NCBI GenBank assembly: GCA_014803505.1
Contig: JAAVBM010000021.1
Location: 2,078 to 66,077 of the forward strand
DNA from: a bacterium
Lineage (GTDB): Bacteria > Cyanobacteriota > Vampirovibrionia > Gastranaerophilales > Gastranaerophilaceae
Length of the DNA: 64,000 nucleotides
Direction: 5' to 3'
The translations under genes and the position numbers were made by a program. The notes beneath the pieces were generated by a model, which saw nothing but the letters and a program-made list of their open reading frames with translations, ran no database searches and was not told the origin of the DNA. Each line of letters starts with the position of its first letter. Within the stretch, counting starts at the first letter, position 1. Below are positions 26,098-35,901 of this stretch, piece after piece.

Positions 26098-26913
26098 TTA
26101 TCTTTCTTCGCTTTGTGCAATTCCTGTTTGGTATCCTGGTACAAGAAGTGCAATTGGGATAATTCTTCCAAGTTTTGAACCAAATGATGAGCCTTCGTTC
26201 ATCATTGATGTTGCCATACATAAGTCATCAACGTGAGGTGCAAAATCGCTTGCTTTAATATTTCTTTCCACTTTTTTGTGATATAATTTCTCATTTATCA
26301 AATTAGAAACTTTGTTACCAAAATAAATACCTATTCCTAGTAAGGTAAGAGTAGTTGCTGCATTTGGTAATTTTGTTAGAAATTTATTAAATCCTTTGAT
26401 AAATCCTGAATTTCCTTTAATTTGAGGCATTGCTCCTTCGATTTTATCTGCATATTTTTCGTATAAAGCTGCGCCTGAAGCTACGCATGCAACAGGAACC
26501 GTTACATTACCTAAAAGTTGGCTAAGGATTTCTCGTTTCTTAGCTTTTAAGTTTGATTTATCATCAACTATTGCACCACCAATAAATCCTCCGGCAACAG
26601 ATCCTGTTGCTACTGATAGTATTTGCGGAGCTTTAAATTGAATGGATTTATCTTTTGGTGCATATTTAAAAATTGCCCAATCTTTTAATGGAGTATTTAA
26701 TATTTTTGCAGGGTTAAGTGAAAACCCTTTTCTTTTTGCCCAGAAAGCCATTACAGGAATCATTCCGGCAGCAGATGAACCAAGAATTGCTAATTTTTGT
26801 TTTCTTGAAAGAGGATTTTTTTCAGTACTATGATTGTGTCCGAAAACAATATTTTTACTATTGACTTGATATTTATAATTATTTATATTGCTTGTCTGAA
26901 TAGTACTAATCAT
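26098..26913 (-). CDS. Hypothetical membrane protein (271 aa)
   Basis: Several Gly/Ala-rich hydrophobic segments (LAILGSSAAGMIPVMAFW, VATGSVAGGFIGGAIV, TLTLLGIGIYFG). No family recognised. Confidence 0.45.
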   Translation of the reverse strand: MISTIQTSNINNYKYQVNSKNIVFGHNHSTEKNPLSRKQKLAILGSSAAGMIPVMAFWAKRKGFSLNPAKILNTPLKDWAIFKYAPKDKSIQFKAPQILSVATGSVAGGFIGGAIVDDKSNLKAKKREILSQLLGNVTVPVACVASGAALYEKYADKIEGAMPQIKGNSGFIKGFNKFLTKLPNAATTLTLLGIGIYFGNKVSNLINEKLYHKKVERNIKASDFAPHVDDLCMATSMMNEGSSFGSKLGRIIPIALLVPGYQTGIAQSEER

Positions 26914-27128
26914 TTTTTACAATTCCCTTACACTACTAACATAGCAAAAAACAAACAAAAAAACTATTGCTATTAAATTTGATATTCGTTAATTATTCGT
27001 TACAACTTTTAAATTATCTTATTAGACTATTTTTGTAACAAATTATTAAAAATATAATATTTGAAAGCAAAAAAACACATTTAGGATTATTAAAAAGTTA
27101 TCTAGGAAGTTTTGAAAGTTTAAGTAAA

Positions 27129-28691
27129 ATGTCAATAAGAATACCTGTAGCAAATACAAATAAAGTAATGACCAGAAATTTGGTTAAACAAATGGCAAGT
27201 GATGGGTTTTTACCTGTTATTGCATTAGAAGCGTGTGTTGAAGCCGGAAGAACTTATCAAGCATACCAAAGAGGTGGGTTTGATGAAGCCAGAGAACGTA
27301 TTACTGAAGAATTCTCTGGTGCTGTTTTTTGGCTTGGTGGTGTAACTGCGTTAAATGCTTTATTCGAAAAAATTGGTCAAAAAATGCTTAAATTACCTAA
27401 TAGGGCTGTTGATATTGCAAGTGATTCAGTTCGTAAGCCTTTAGATAATTTCTTAGAAAATGAAACGACCAAAGCCGGTGGTAAGATTTTAGAAAGTACA
27501 ATGGCTAAATTTAAATTTGTTAAAGTTATATCAAGTGTATTGATTGCCAATGCATTTATTGGTTTTGTACTTCCTAAAATAAATCAGGCAATAACTCGTT
27601 CTTACCATAAAAATAAACCGGAAGAACAAAATCAATCTGTACCTGTAGCAGTTCAAATTGAAGATGAAAACAAAGCTAATCCTTTTGTTGCCAGACCGAC
27701 TTTAAATACATTTGCTCAAAATAAAGATGATAAAAAAGATAATAAAGATGTTTCGTTTGGTTTAAATCTTCTTTCTATTGCAAATAAATTTGAAAGTGAC
27801 AGAAATTATAAATTGCTTGCAGTTGATGCAGGTACTGCTTCAGGAAGAGCTTATTCTGCCAGAAATAATGATGAAAGAATTGAAATTTTATTTAGAGATT
27901 TAGGTTCAATTTATTTCTATATGTTCAATATGCAGAATATGAACAACTGGTTGAATAAACTTGAACAAAATGGTAATGGAACAAGATTGGATCCTATGTC
28001 TGCTGAATTTTCAACTAAATATATGGAAGGATACATTGAATCTAAAGGTAAAGGTGTTACTTCTGTTAATGTTGAAGAGTTTGCAAGAGAAATGCTTGGT
28101 AAACAAACTGAGTTACCTGAATCTTTGAAATCAAAATTTGAAGGTAAAGGAATTAAAATAATTTCATTAGACAACTTTAAGCAAGAATTGAAAAATCTGG
28201 TGCCGGAATCAGAATTGAAAGCATTTGAACAAGTTGCGGACAAGATGTCAGAACTTCAACCTCAAGTTAAAGGTGTTTCTATTTTGACAGAAGGTCAAGC
28301 GAAAGATGTTCTTGCCGGCGGGCATATTAATAATCCTGAATTTTTACAAGAATTCTTTAAAAACAGATTTGGTAGTAAATTTATGGACAAATACCAATAT
28401 GTTGCTCAAAATGAGTTAGATAATGTTAAAAAAGAACTTGTTGATTATGTAAATTCAATTATTGATACCGCAAGAAAAACTGATGCTAAAGAAGTTACAA
28501 GTAAAATGCTTCGCAAAGCTTCCGATTCTAACTTAAAAATGAATGCTCTAAATTGGGGTACAGGATTTGCAATTTCAGCACTGTTCTTGTCTACAGTTAT
28601 TCCAAAACTTCAGTATTTAATTACAAAATGGAGAACAGGTTCGGATTCATTCCCTGGAACTGCTCAGTATAGAGAAGATGAAAATAAGTAA
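27129..28691 (+). CDS. Hypothetical membrane protein (520 aa)
   Basis: TM segments near residues 60-80, 130-150 and the C-terminus (GFAISALFLSTVIP). Large soluble middle region. No family recognised. Confidence 0.45.
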   Translation: MSIRIPVANTNKVMTRNLVKQMASDGFLPVIALEACVEAGRTYQAYQRGGFDEARERITEEFSGAVFWLGGVTALNALFEKIGQKMLKLPNRAVDIASDSVRKPLDNFLENETTKAGGKILESTMAKFKFVKVISSVLIANAFIGFVLPKINQAITRSYHKNKPEEQNQSVPVAVQIEDENKANPFVARPTLNTFAQNKDDKKDNKDVSFGLNLLSIANKFESDRNYKLLAVDAGTASGRAYSARNNDERIEILFRDLGSIYFYMFNMQNMNNWLNKLEQNGNGTRLDPMSAEFSTKYMEGYIESKGKGVTSVNVEEFAREMLGKQTELPESLKSKFEGKGIKIISLDNFKQELKNLVPESELKAFEQVADKMSELQPQVKGVSILTEGQAKDVLAGGHINNPEFLQEFFKNRFGSKFMDKYQYVAQNELDNVKKELVDYVNSIIDTARKTDAKEVTSKMLRKASDSNLKMNALNWGTGFAISALFLSTVIPKLQYLITKWRTGSDSFPGTAQYREDENK

Positions 28692-28756
28692 ATAATAAAT
28701 AAAAGGTCAGTCTTTTTGACTGACCTAAATATATGTATGTGAGTAAAATTTGATTC

Positions 28757-29215
28757 TTATGCAACAAATGTGTCTAAAAATTCACCTGTGAATGCTCTTG
28801 GACTTTCATTTCTTTGACTGAATCCTGCAACAACTTGTTCTTGTCTTTCAGGTGATAATGTTCTCATTACTGTTACTTGAGCGTCATAATCAACACTTGC
28901 TAATGCTGCATTTTCTTTAACTTCTGGAGAAGCAAATTTTGCTGCGAATGCTAATGGATCTTTTGCAAATTCTGCATCAATCTTAGCATAATTTGTTTCA
29001 GCTTTAACAGGAGCTTGTTTTTCAAATCCCAAAGCTTTGTTCATTTCTGCTTTGATTTCTAAATCAGTCATATTATCAGTAATATGCTTAGTTTCAGCTG
29101 TTTGTTGGCTTTGTTGAGTTTGTGTTGCTTGTTGAGTTTGTTCAGATTTTTTAGGACCTGAAACATTTCCTGTATTAAAAGGCAAAAAACTTCTTAAATT
29201 GTCTAAGTAACCCAT
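28757..29215 (-). CDS. Hypothetical acidic, Q-rich protein (152 aa)
   Basis: QTQQATQTQQSQQT tract. AGGAG RBS upstream. Divergent from the LuxR-type gene. Confidence 0.45.
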   Translation of the reverse strand: MGYLDNLRSFLPFNTGNVSGPKKSEQTQQATQTQQSQQTAETKHITDNMTDLEIKAEMNKALGFEKQAPVKAETNYAKIDAEFAKDPLAFAAKFASPEVKENAALASVDYDAQVTVMRTLSPERQEQVVAGFSQRNESPRAFTGEFLDTFVA

Positions 29216-29495
29216 TTGTCGAATCTCCTTTTTTACTCACATACTCTCTTGTTCGTATTATCAATCATTCTATGTTTTGATTTTCCATCTGTGTATATAT
29301 AAAGTATTTCAGTTTTAAATAATTGCTAAAAATAAAGTAATTTGTTAATATTTCTTAATAAATATCTGATAATTATTTAATAATTCTGTTTTGAGGGTTG
29401 AAATATATCCTTATAGGTAACTTTTGCATAAAAATTATACCCTAATGGCTAATAGCAATATGGCTAACTAATGATAATATAGTATAAATGAAAGG

Positions 29496-29747
29496 ATGCA
29501 CAAGGTGGAACATAATAACATTGATTGTACTAAACTTAAGACAAATCTTACTGATAGAGAACAAGAAGTTCTTAATTATGTTGTTCAAGGTTTAACAAAT
29601 AAACAAATAGCCCAAATTTTGATGATAACGCACCATACTGTTAAGGCACATGTAGCATCAATTATAAGAAAAGCAGGAGTGAAAAATAGATTGGATGTTG
29701 CATTAATTGCAATCGCAAATGGTGTTGCTAATCCTCGTCAAGGCTAA
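29496..29747 (+). CDS. Stand-alone LuxR/GerE-type HTH regulator (83 aa)
   Basis: [48 protein letters not shown]. No receiver or ligand domain. The 3' end overlaps lepA by 20 nt (convergent). Confidence 0.75.
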   Translation: MHKVEHNNIDCTKLKTNLTDREQEVLNYVVQGLTNKQIAQILMITHHTVKAHVASIIRKAGVKNRLDVALIAIANGVANPRQG

Positions 29748-31530
29748 GAACAGCCATAAATGCTTCTTGTGGAACTTCAACACTACCTACTGATTTCATA
29801 CGTTTTTTACCTTTTTTCTGTTTTTCAAGAAGTTTACGTTTACGAGAAATGTCGCCACCATAACACTTGGCAAGAACGTTTTTACGCATTGCTTTAATAT
29901 TTGTTCTTGCAATTACTCTGCCTCCGACAGCAGCTTGAATAGGGACTTCAAAAAGTTGTCTTGGAATAATATCTTTTAGTTTTGCCGTTAACTTTTGACC
30001 CACATAGAAGGCACTGTCTTCGTGACAAATTACGGACAATGCGTCAACAACTTCTCCGGCAAGCATGATATCAAGCTTAACAAGTTTAGAGCGTTTGTAT
30101 TCACTGAACTCATAATCCAAACTTGCATAACCTTTTGTTCTGGATTTAAGTTGATCATAAAAATCTGTAATAACTTCACTCAATGGAATTTCGTATGTTA
30201 AATCAACACGAACTTTATCCAAATATGTCATGTTTTTAAATATACCGCGTTTTGATTGAGATAAATCCATTAGCGTTCCAACGAATTCGTTTGGTGTAAT
30301 AACTTGAACTTTTACATACGGTTCTTCAATATAATCTCTGTATTGTGCAGCAGGAAGATTTGAAGGGTTATCGATTTCAACTACTTCACCATTTGTTTTG
30401 TGAACTTTATATACTACTGATGGAGCAGTTGTTACAAGAGAAAGATTATATTCTCGTTCTAATCTTTCTTGAGCAATTTCCATATGGAGCATTCCCAAGA
30501 ATCCGCAGCGGAAGCCAAATCCTAATGCACTTGAAGTTTCCGGTTCAAAAGTAATACTACTGTCGTTAAGTTTAAGTTTTTCGAGAGCTTCTTTAAGATC
30601 TCCGTAATCTTCATTATCAACAGGATACATACCTGAAAATACCATTGGAAGAGCTTCTTTATAACCAGGTAACGGTTCTGCCGCAGGATTTTCGACATTT
30701 GTAATTGTATCACCTACAAAACGTGTCAATTCTTTAATAGAGCCTGCAAAATATCCAACATCTCCACAGGTTAGTTTTTTGACAGAAACTCTTGAAGGTG
30801 TTTGATAACCAAGTTCAACTACTTCATATTCTTTTCCGGAAGCCATAAATCTGACTTTGTCACCAACAGAAATACTTCCGTCAACAACTTTAAAATAGCA
30901 TACAGTTCCAAGGTATTGGTCATAAACACTGTCAAAAACTAATGCTCTTAATGGTTTTTCCGAATGGTCATCAGGAGCCGGTATGTAATTTACAACAGCT
31001 TCCAGCACTTCATCAATACCAACACCTGTTTTAGCACTTACAGGAATTGCCATAGATGCATCAATACCAAGTATTTCTTCAATTTCTTGACGTACACGAT
31101 CTACATCTGCAGATGGCAAATCTATTTTGTTAATGACCGGTATAATTTCTAAATCTTGTTCAATAGCTAAGTAGACATTTGCAAGTGTTTGAGCTTCAAC
31201 ACCTTGAGTCGCGTCTACTATGAGCAAAGCGCCTTCACACGCAGCAAGAGATCGAGAAACTTCGTAAGAAAAATCTACGTGCCCCGGAGTATCAATTAAG
31301 TTCAATTCATAATTGTTGCCGTCATTAGCCTGATAATTCATTCTTGCGGCGTTAAGTTTGATAGTAATACCACGCTCACGTTCAATGTCCATGGAATCTA
31401 AAAGTTGTTCTTGCATATCACGTTGTGCAACAGTACCTGTTTTTTCAAGCAATCTGTCTGCAAGGGTTGATTTTCCGTGGTCGATGTGGGCAATTATACA
31501 AAAATTTCTTACATTATCTCTTGTTTTCAT
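29728..31530 (-). CDS. lepA: Translation elongation factor 4 (LepA)
   Basis: 600 aa. [35 protein letters not shown] and the characteristic LepA C-terminal domain (...[19 protein letters not shown]). Confidence 0.97.
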   Translation of the reverse strand: MKTRDNVRNFCIIAHIDHGKSTLADRLLEKTGTVAQRDMQEQLLDSMDIERERGITIKLNAARMNYQANDGNNYELNLIDTPGHVDFSYEVSRSLAACEGALLIVDATQGVEAQTLANVYLAIEQDLEIIPVINKIDLPSADVDRVRQEIEEILGIDASMAIPVSAKTGVGIDEVLEAVVNYIPAPDDHSEKPLRALVFDSVYDQYLGTVCYFKVVDGSISVGDKVRFMASGKEYEVVELGYQTPSRVSVKKLTCGDVGYFAGSIKELTRFVGDTITNVENPAAEPLPGYKEALPMVFSGMYPVDNEDYGDLKEALEKLKLNDSSITFEPETSSALGFGFRCGFLGMLHMEIAQERLEREYNLSLVTTAPSVVYKVHKTNGEVVEIDNPSNLPAAQYRDYIEEPYVKVQVITPNEFVGTLMDLSQSKRGIFKNMTYLDKVRVDLTYEIPLSEVITDFYDQLKSRTKGYASLDYEFSEYKRSKLVKLDIMLAGEVVDALSVICHEDSAFYVGQKLTAKLKDIIPRQLFEVPIQAAVGGRVIARTNIKAMRKNVLAKCYGGDISRKRKLLEKQKKGKKRMKSVGSVEVPQEAFMAVLSLDED

Positions 31531-31597
31531 AGTTATAATTATAACTTAAAAAAATCTGTTGTAAAATATCTTTTATTCAATATTTGCAATAATTTCA

Positions 31598-31622
31598 TTA
31601 AAAAACCGACCCGAAGGTCGGT
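31598..31622 (-). terminator. Rho-independent terminator downstream of the small ORF
   Basis: Stem accgacc/ggtcggt with loop cgaa. On the minus strand it is followed by a T-run. Confidence 0.6.
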
Positions 31623-31652
31623 ATTTGTTTTTGTTTTGATTTGAAGATTGGC

Positions 31653-31811
31653 TTATGCAAGCCCAAGAACTTTTTTGTACCAAGAGAATGACTCTAATTC
31701 AGTACCGTTAAAAGTTGTTTTGGTGCATTGAGTCTTCAAATAATTTTCAAATTCGTCGTTAAATTTGGATTTTACCTTTTTAACTTCTTTGTCAGAAACC
31801 ACAGTTGCCAT
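31653..31811 (-). CDS. Small ORF (52 aa) absent from the supplied ORF track
   Basis: Minus strand: AAGGAG, then 7 nt, then ATG. Translation MATVVSDKEVKKVKSKFNDEFENYLKTQCTKTTFNGTELESFSWYKKVLGLA, stop TAA, then a terminator about 30 nt downstream. Confidence 0.5.
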   Translation of the reverse strand: MATVVSDKEVKKVKSKFNDEFENYLKTQCTKTTFNGTELESFSWYKKVLGLA

Positions 31812-32029
31812 AGACCTACTCCTTTACACATTAAAGTTTGTAAACTTCTGTTATATTATACCACAAAATTCATGATATTTCTAGGTATAAAACCTTATTT
31901 TCGATTTTTTTGCTACTACTGTAGGGTTTGCAATGTAAATATTTGTTAAGAATATTTGTTTTTGTAAAAAATGATTTATTAAAACAAAATTTTGTTAAAA
32001 TTTTGCGATATTTATGGTAAAATTTTTGC

Positions 32030-32941
32030 ATGATACTAATAGGCGAAAATATACATATAATCTCTCGAAAAGTTCGTGAAGCTATAGAGAATAAAGATGA
32101 AAATTTTATCAAAATTTTGATAAAATTTCAGGATAATATGGACTGTATTGATTTGAATGTAGGTCCGTCAAAAGGGAAACTTGACAATGCATTCTTCTGG
32201 CTTTGTTCCTTAGTTGAAAATCAAAATATTTCTTTTGATTCAACCAATGTAAATGCGATAGCGGACGGCTTAAAACTGGTTAGAAATACCGAAGATTGTT
32301 TTATTAACAGTACATCTAAAGATATTGAAAAACTTGAACCTTTGACTGATTTGGCACTTGAGTATAATTGCAATTTGATAGCTCTTGCTATGTCCAAAGA
32401 AACAGGAATTCCGAAAACTGCTGACGAAAGGCTTGAAATAGTTTTTGAGATTTATGAAAAATGTATGGAAAAAGGTTTAGAAAGCCACAAATTATTTTTT
32501 GATCCTTTGATATTGCCGGTTTGTGCTGATCAATCTCAGGGTGTTGAGGCGCTTAATACAATACATATGATTAAAGAAAGTTTTGAACCAAAGGTCAATA
32601 CTGTTATCGGTTTATCGAATATTTCAAATGGTGTTCCAAATGATATGCGTCCGCTTGTGAATAGAGTATTTATGGCGCTTGCATATGGTGCAGGTTTAGA
32701 CGCTGCGATAATTGATGCGAAAGATTTAGAGTTGGTTAGAATTATAAAAATGTTGGAAAGTGGTATTCCGAGTTCAAATGTAGATAGAGTTTATCTTAGT
32801 CTTTCGAGAATGATGTCTGACTTTGGCGATTTGGAAGATGTAGAATTTGACAAAAACAACATTGAAGAGCAAAATATTATTAAAACTGCAGCTGTTTTGC
32901 TCAATAAAAAAATATACTCTGACAGCTTTACACAGGTATAA
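32030..32941 (+). CDS. Pterin-binding domain protein (methyltetrahydrofolate methyltransferase / DHPS-like TIM barrel)
   Basis: MILIGENIH..., IDLNVGP and VIGLSNISNGVP resemble MeTr/MetH pterin-binding modules. TGGTAAAAT ends 7 nt before the ATG, and there is no SD. Confidence 0.6.
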   Translation: MILIGENIHIISRKVREAIENKDENFIKILIKFQDNMDCIDLNVGPSKGKLDNAFFWLCSLVENQNISFDSTNVNAIADGLKLVRNTEDCFINSTSKDIEKLEPLTDLALEYNCNLIALAMSKETGIPKTADERLEIVFEIYEKCMEKGLESHKLFFDPLILPVCADQSQGVEALNTIHMIKESFEPKVNTVIGLSNISNGVPNDMRPLVNRVFMALAYGAGLDAAIIDAKDLELVRIIKMLESGIPSSNVDRVYLSLSRMMSDFGDLEDVEFDKNNIEEQNIIKTAAVLLNKKIYSDSFTQV

Positions 32942-32971
32942 ACTTTATGGTAAAATACATAAGGCAGGTTT

Positions 32972-35062
32972 ATGAATATGAAAATTAAAAAGCATTTGTT
33001 TACAACAGTTTTAGTTTCCGCAATAGCATTATGTGGTTTACCTTCGAGTGCATATATGTCACCTGAGGCAAGTGTTCTGTATCAGGAAGCTTGCAGTGCT
33101 GAACATCAACAAGATTTGAAAACTGCAATTGATAAGCTTGAAGAAGCAATTACTATTTCCGGAGATGATATTACTCTTTATACTAAGCTTGCTGGTATCT
33201 ATTCCGAAATTGATGAATATGATAAAGCTCTTCAAGCTTATAACAAGGTTATAAAAATTAAACCTGACGATGCTTTTATTTACATAAGTATTGGAAGTAT
33301 TTATGAAAATCAGGGAAAATATAAAGATGCATTAACTGCTTATAACAAGGCTCTTGATATATTTCCTGAGTATAAATACAATTACTTTAATATTGGGAAC
33401 GTTCAATACCAATTAAGAAATTATAATGAAGCTATAAAAAATTATAATTCTTTCTTGGATACATATTCTCAACATACAGAGGCTCGTGAAAATCTTGCTG
33501 CATCTTATTCATCTATAAAAGATTATTCAAATGCTTCAAAACAATATCGTAGACTTTATGATAAAAATCCTGATTCATTTAAGCATTTTTCAGAATATGG
33601 CATCGCTTTGTTGAATACAAATAATTCTGAAAAAGCGGCTGAAATGCTTGAAAAAGCTATTGAACTGAATGCCGGAAATAATTCTGCGCATTTAGGATTG
33701 GCTCAAGCGTATCAGGATTTAGGTAAAAATGATCTTGCTTATGAACAATATCAATATGTTCTTTCAAAGATTCCGAGCCTTAATAATGTAAGATTAGATT
33801 ATGCAAATCTTCTTGCTGCAATGAAAAAAAATACTGAAGCTATTGAACAATACAATTTTTATATCAAAGCTTTTCCAAATGATATAAATGGGTATAAAAA
33901 TATAGCTCTTGTTTATAAGGAAGTTGGAAACTATGATAAAGCGATTGAAAATTTCCTTATTGCTGAAGAAAAAGATAGCAAAGATATCAATTTGAAAAAA
34001 GATATTGCAAATTGCTATCATAACAAAAAAGATTATTATTCTGCGTTGAGATACTATAATGAAATACTTACGTCTCAGCCAAATAATACTGAAGTAAAAT
34101 TGAATAAAGCAATTGCGCTTCATGCTTTAAATAATTATGAAGCTGCCATTCCTATATATCAAGAAGTTTTAGCTGTAAAGGGTGATAAAACTGTTCGTGA
34201 AAACTTGAATAGTGCTCTTGTTGCAAGAGGGCATGAATTGCTTGAAGATCAAGAATATATAAGAGCAATTGACAGTTTTAAAGCTGCTATCAAGGATGGA
34301 TATTCTGACGGTTATGCTTATTATGGATTGGCTAAATCTTACAGAGCAATTGGTGAAAATACAAAAGCTTCTGAAAATTATGAAAAAGCTATTTCTATGG
34401 ATCCTGATAAAACTATGTATTCAGCAGAATATAGTGATTTTATATCTTCATTGTACAGACCAAAAAATAATGTTGAAAATTCCGATGAAGAAAAAGTTCT
34501 TCCGTCAATTACTTTGATTGATAATTCAGGAAGCGCTTCTACCGGTGAAATTAAGGTTCAGTCTGTAGTTAAACCTGTAACATCAACTGTTGCGATTAAA
34601 CAAAATGAAGATTTTATCTTAGAAGGTGATAAGAATTACAAAGAAAATAACTATGATGCTGCAGTAAGAAATTATCAAGACGCATTACAGCTTATTCCTA
34701 ATGATGCTGTTACTTTGTTAAAAATTGGTAATGTCTATAAATTGAAAGAAGATAATGCCAAAGCTGTTAATTATTATCAGAAAGCTATTATTGTAAATCC
34801 TGATTATACAGATGGATGGTTTAACTTAGGATTGGCATATGCTAACGAAAATAACTTAATTGAGTCGCAAAAAAGTTTTGAAAGAGTAATTTCTCTTGAT
34901 TCAGATTATAATTTTGGTTATGCGTATTATGCACTGGGTATGGCTTTTGAGCATCAGGGAAAAAATACGGAAGCTGTTAAGAACTATAAATTGTTTATCA
35001 AACACAATAATGATAAAGATATGATTAATACAGTTCAAAATAAAATAAAAGAACTTCAATAA
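32972..35062 (+). CDS. Secreted TPR-repeat protein (696 aa)
   Basis: Signal peptide (LFTTVLVSAIALCGLPSSAY) and many TPR units (KVIKIKPDDAFIY, KALDIFPEYKYNY, KAIIVNPDYTDGW). Confidence 0.8.
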   Translation: MNMKIKKHLFTTVLVSAIALCGLPSSAYMSPEASVLYQEACSAEHQQDLKTAIDKLEEAITISGDDITLYTKLAGIYSEIDEYDKALQAYNKVIKIKPDDAFIYISIGSIYENQGKYKDALTAYNKALDIFPEYKYNYFNIGNVQYQLRNYNEAIKNYNSFLDTYSQHTEARENLAASYSSIKDYSNASKQYRRLYDKNPDSFKHFSEYGIALLNTNNSEKAAEMLEKAIELNAGNNSAHLGLAQAYQDLGKNDLAYEQYQYVLSKIPSLNNVRLDYANLLAAMKKNTEAIEQYNFYIKAFPNDINGYKNIALVYKEVGNYDKAIENFLIAEEKDSKDINLKKDIANCYHNKKDYYSALRYYNEILTSQPNNTEVKLNKAIALHALNNYEAAIPIYQEVLAVKGDKTVRENLNSALVARGHELLEDQEYIRAIDSFKAAIKDGYSDGYAYYGLAKSYRAIGENTKASENYEKAISMDPDKTMYSAEYSDFISSLYRPKNNVENSDEEKVLPSITLIDNSGSASTGEIKVQSVVKPVTSTVAIKQNEDFILEGDKNYKENNYDAAVRNYQDALQLIPNDAVTLLKIGNVYKLKEDNAKAVNYYQKAIIVNPDYTDGWFNLGLAYANENNLIESQKSFERVISLDSDYNFGYAYYALGMAFEHQGKNTEAVKNYKLFIKHNNDKDMINTVQNKIKELQ

Positions 35063-35063
35063 T

Positions 35064-35477
35064 ATGAAAAAAGTTTGGTTATTTATAATAACAATATTTA
35101 TGGTAATGTTTACCTGTGCTTGTGATAGTGAACAGTCACAAATACTTTTTAATAAACATCCTTTTACGCAGGAAACTATAGCTACCACACAGAATATTTT
35201 CAATCCGGGTGACAGGATTTATTACTTAATAACACTTCCCGAGCCTGTAGTTACAAAGAAATTATTGATACAAGTTGTAAAAGTCGGTGGTGGAAAGGAT
35301 GAAAGATTAGGATACGAGTTGGTCTGGACTAAAAGAGTCAAATTAAAAGATGAGCAAATCTATTATTTTACCGATTATGTTGTTTTTAATAATAATGGTG
35401 TATATATAATGAAAGTTTATTCACAAGATAATCCTACCAAGATTTTGACTACAGCACAGTTTCATGTAAAAAATTAA
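35064..35477 (+). CDS. Putative lipoprotein (137 aa)
   Basis: MKKVWLFIITIFMVMFTCACDSEQ is a signal sequence with Cys at the cleavage region. Start is 1 nt after the TPR gene stop. Confidence 0.45.
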   Translation: MKKVWLFIITIFMVMFTCACDSEQSQILFNKHPFTQETIATTQNIFNPGDRIYYLITLPEPVVTKKLLIQVVKVGGGKDERLGYELVWTKRVKLKDEQIYYFTDYVVFNNNGVYIMKVYSQDNPTKILTTAQFHVKN

Positions 35478-35492
35478 TATAAAGGATAAAAA

Positions 35493-35891
35493 ATGATAAA
35501 GAAATTAGCATTAGAATATTTTTTCAACGGATACTCTTGTTCTGAGAGTATTGTAAAAGCTTGTATTGATGAAGGTTTGTGTGATGAATCTTTGCTTCCT
35601 TGCGCAACAACATTTTCTTCAGGAATGTCTTCAGGATGTTCTTGTGGAACGGTTACAGTTGCTCAATTGGTTTTGGGCTATCTTTTCGGTAGAAATAATA
35701 AGTTTGGTAATGAGATTATAGCCAGAGAAAAAGCTGCTCAATTAGTAGAAGAATTTAAGAAAATAAATAAAGTAACTTGTTGCAAAGTTCTTTCTGCAGG
35801 AGTTGAGCCTTCTGCTAAAAAGCAGCATTGTTCAAAATTTGTTGCTGATACTTGTGATATATTGGAAAGTATAGTAAGAGTTAAAGTTTAG
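35493..35891 (+). CDS. C_GCAxxG_C_C-family redox-type protein
   Basis: 132 aa with the family Cys pattern: YSCSESI, SGCSCGTVTVA, CCKVL and HCSKFVADTC. Confidence 0.6.
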   Translation: MIKKLALEYFFNGYSCSESIVKACIDEGLCDESLLPCATTFSSGMSSGCSCGTVTVAQLVLGYLFGRNNKFGNEIIAREKAAQLVEEFKKINKVTCCKVLSAGVEPSAKKQHCSKFVADTCDILESIVRVKV

Positions 35892-35901
35892 GTAGGTTTT
35901 C

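Noticed and set aside
23595-26913. A shared N-terminal motif in unrelated hypothetical proteins: N/S/Y-rich segments ending in VYFGQ (HD-GYP), IVFGHN (26098 ORF), FVIGK (43718 ORF) and NPFGQ (23595 ORF), as a possible novel targeting signal.
   Set aside because: The matches cover only 4-5 residues in compositionally biased N-termini, and positions vary from residue 7 to 33. Without genome-wide statistics this cannot be separated from chance.
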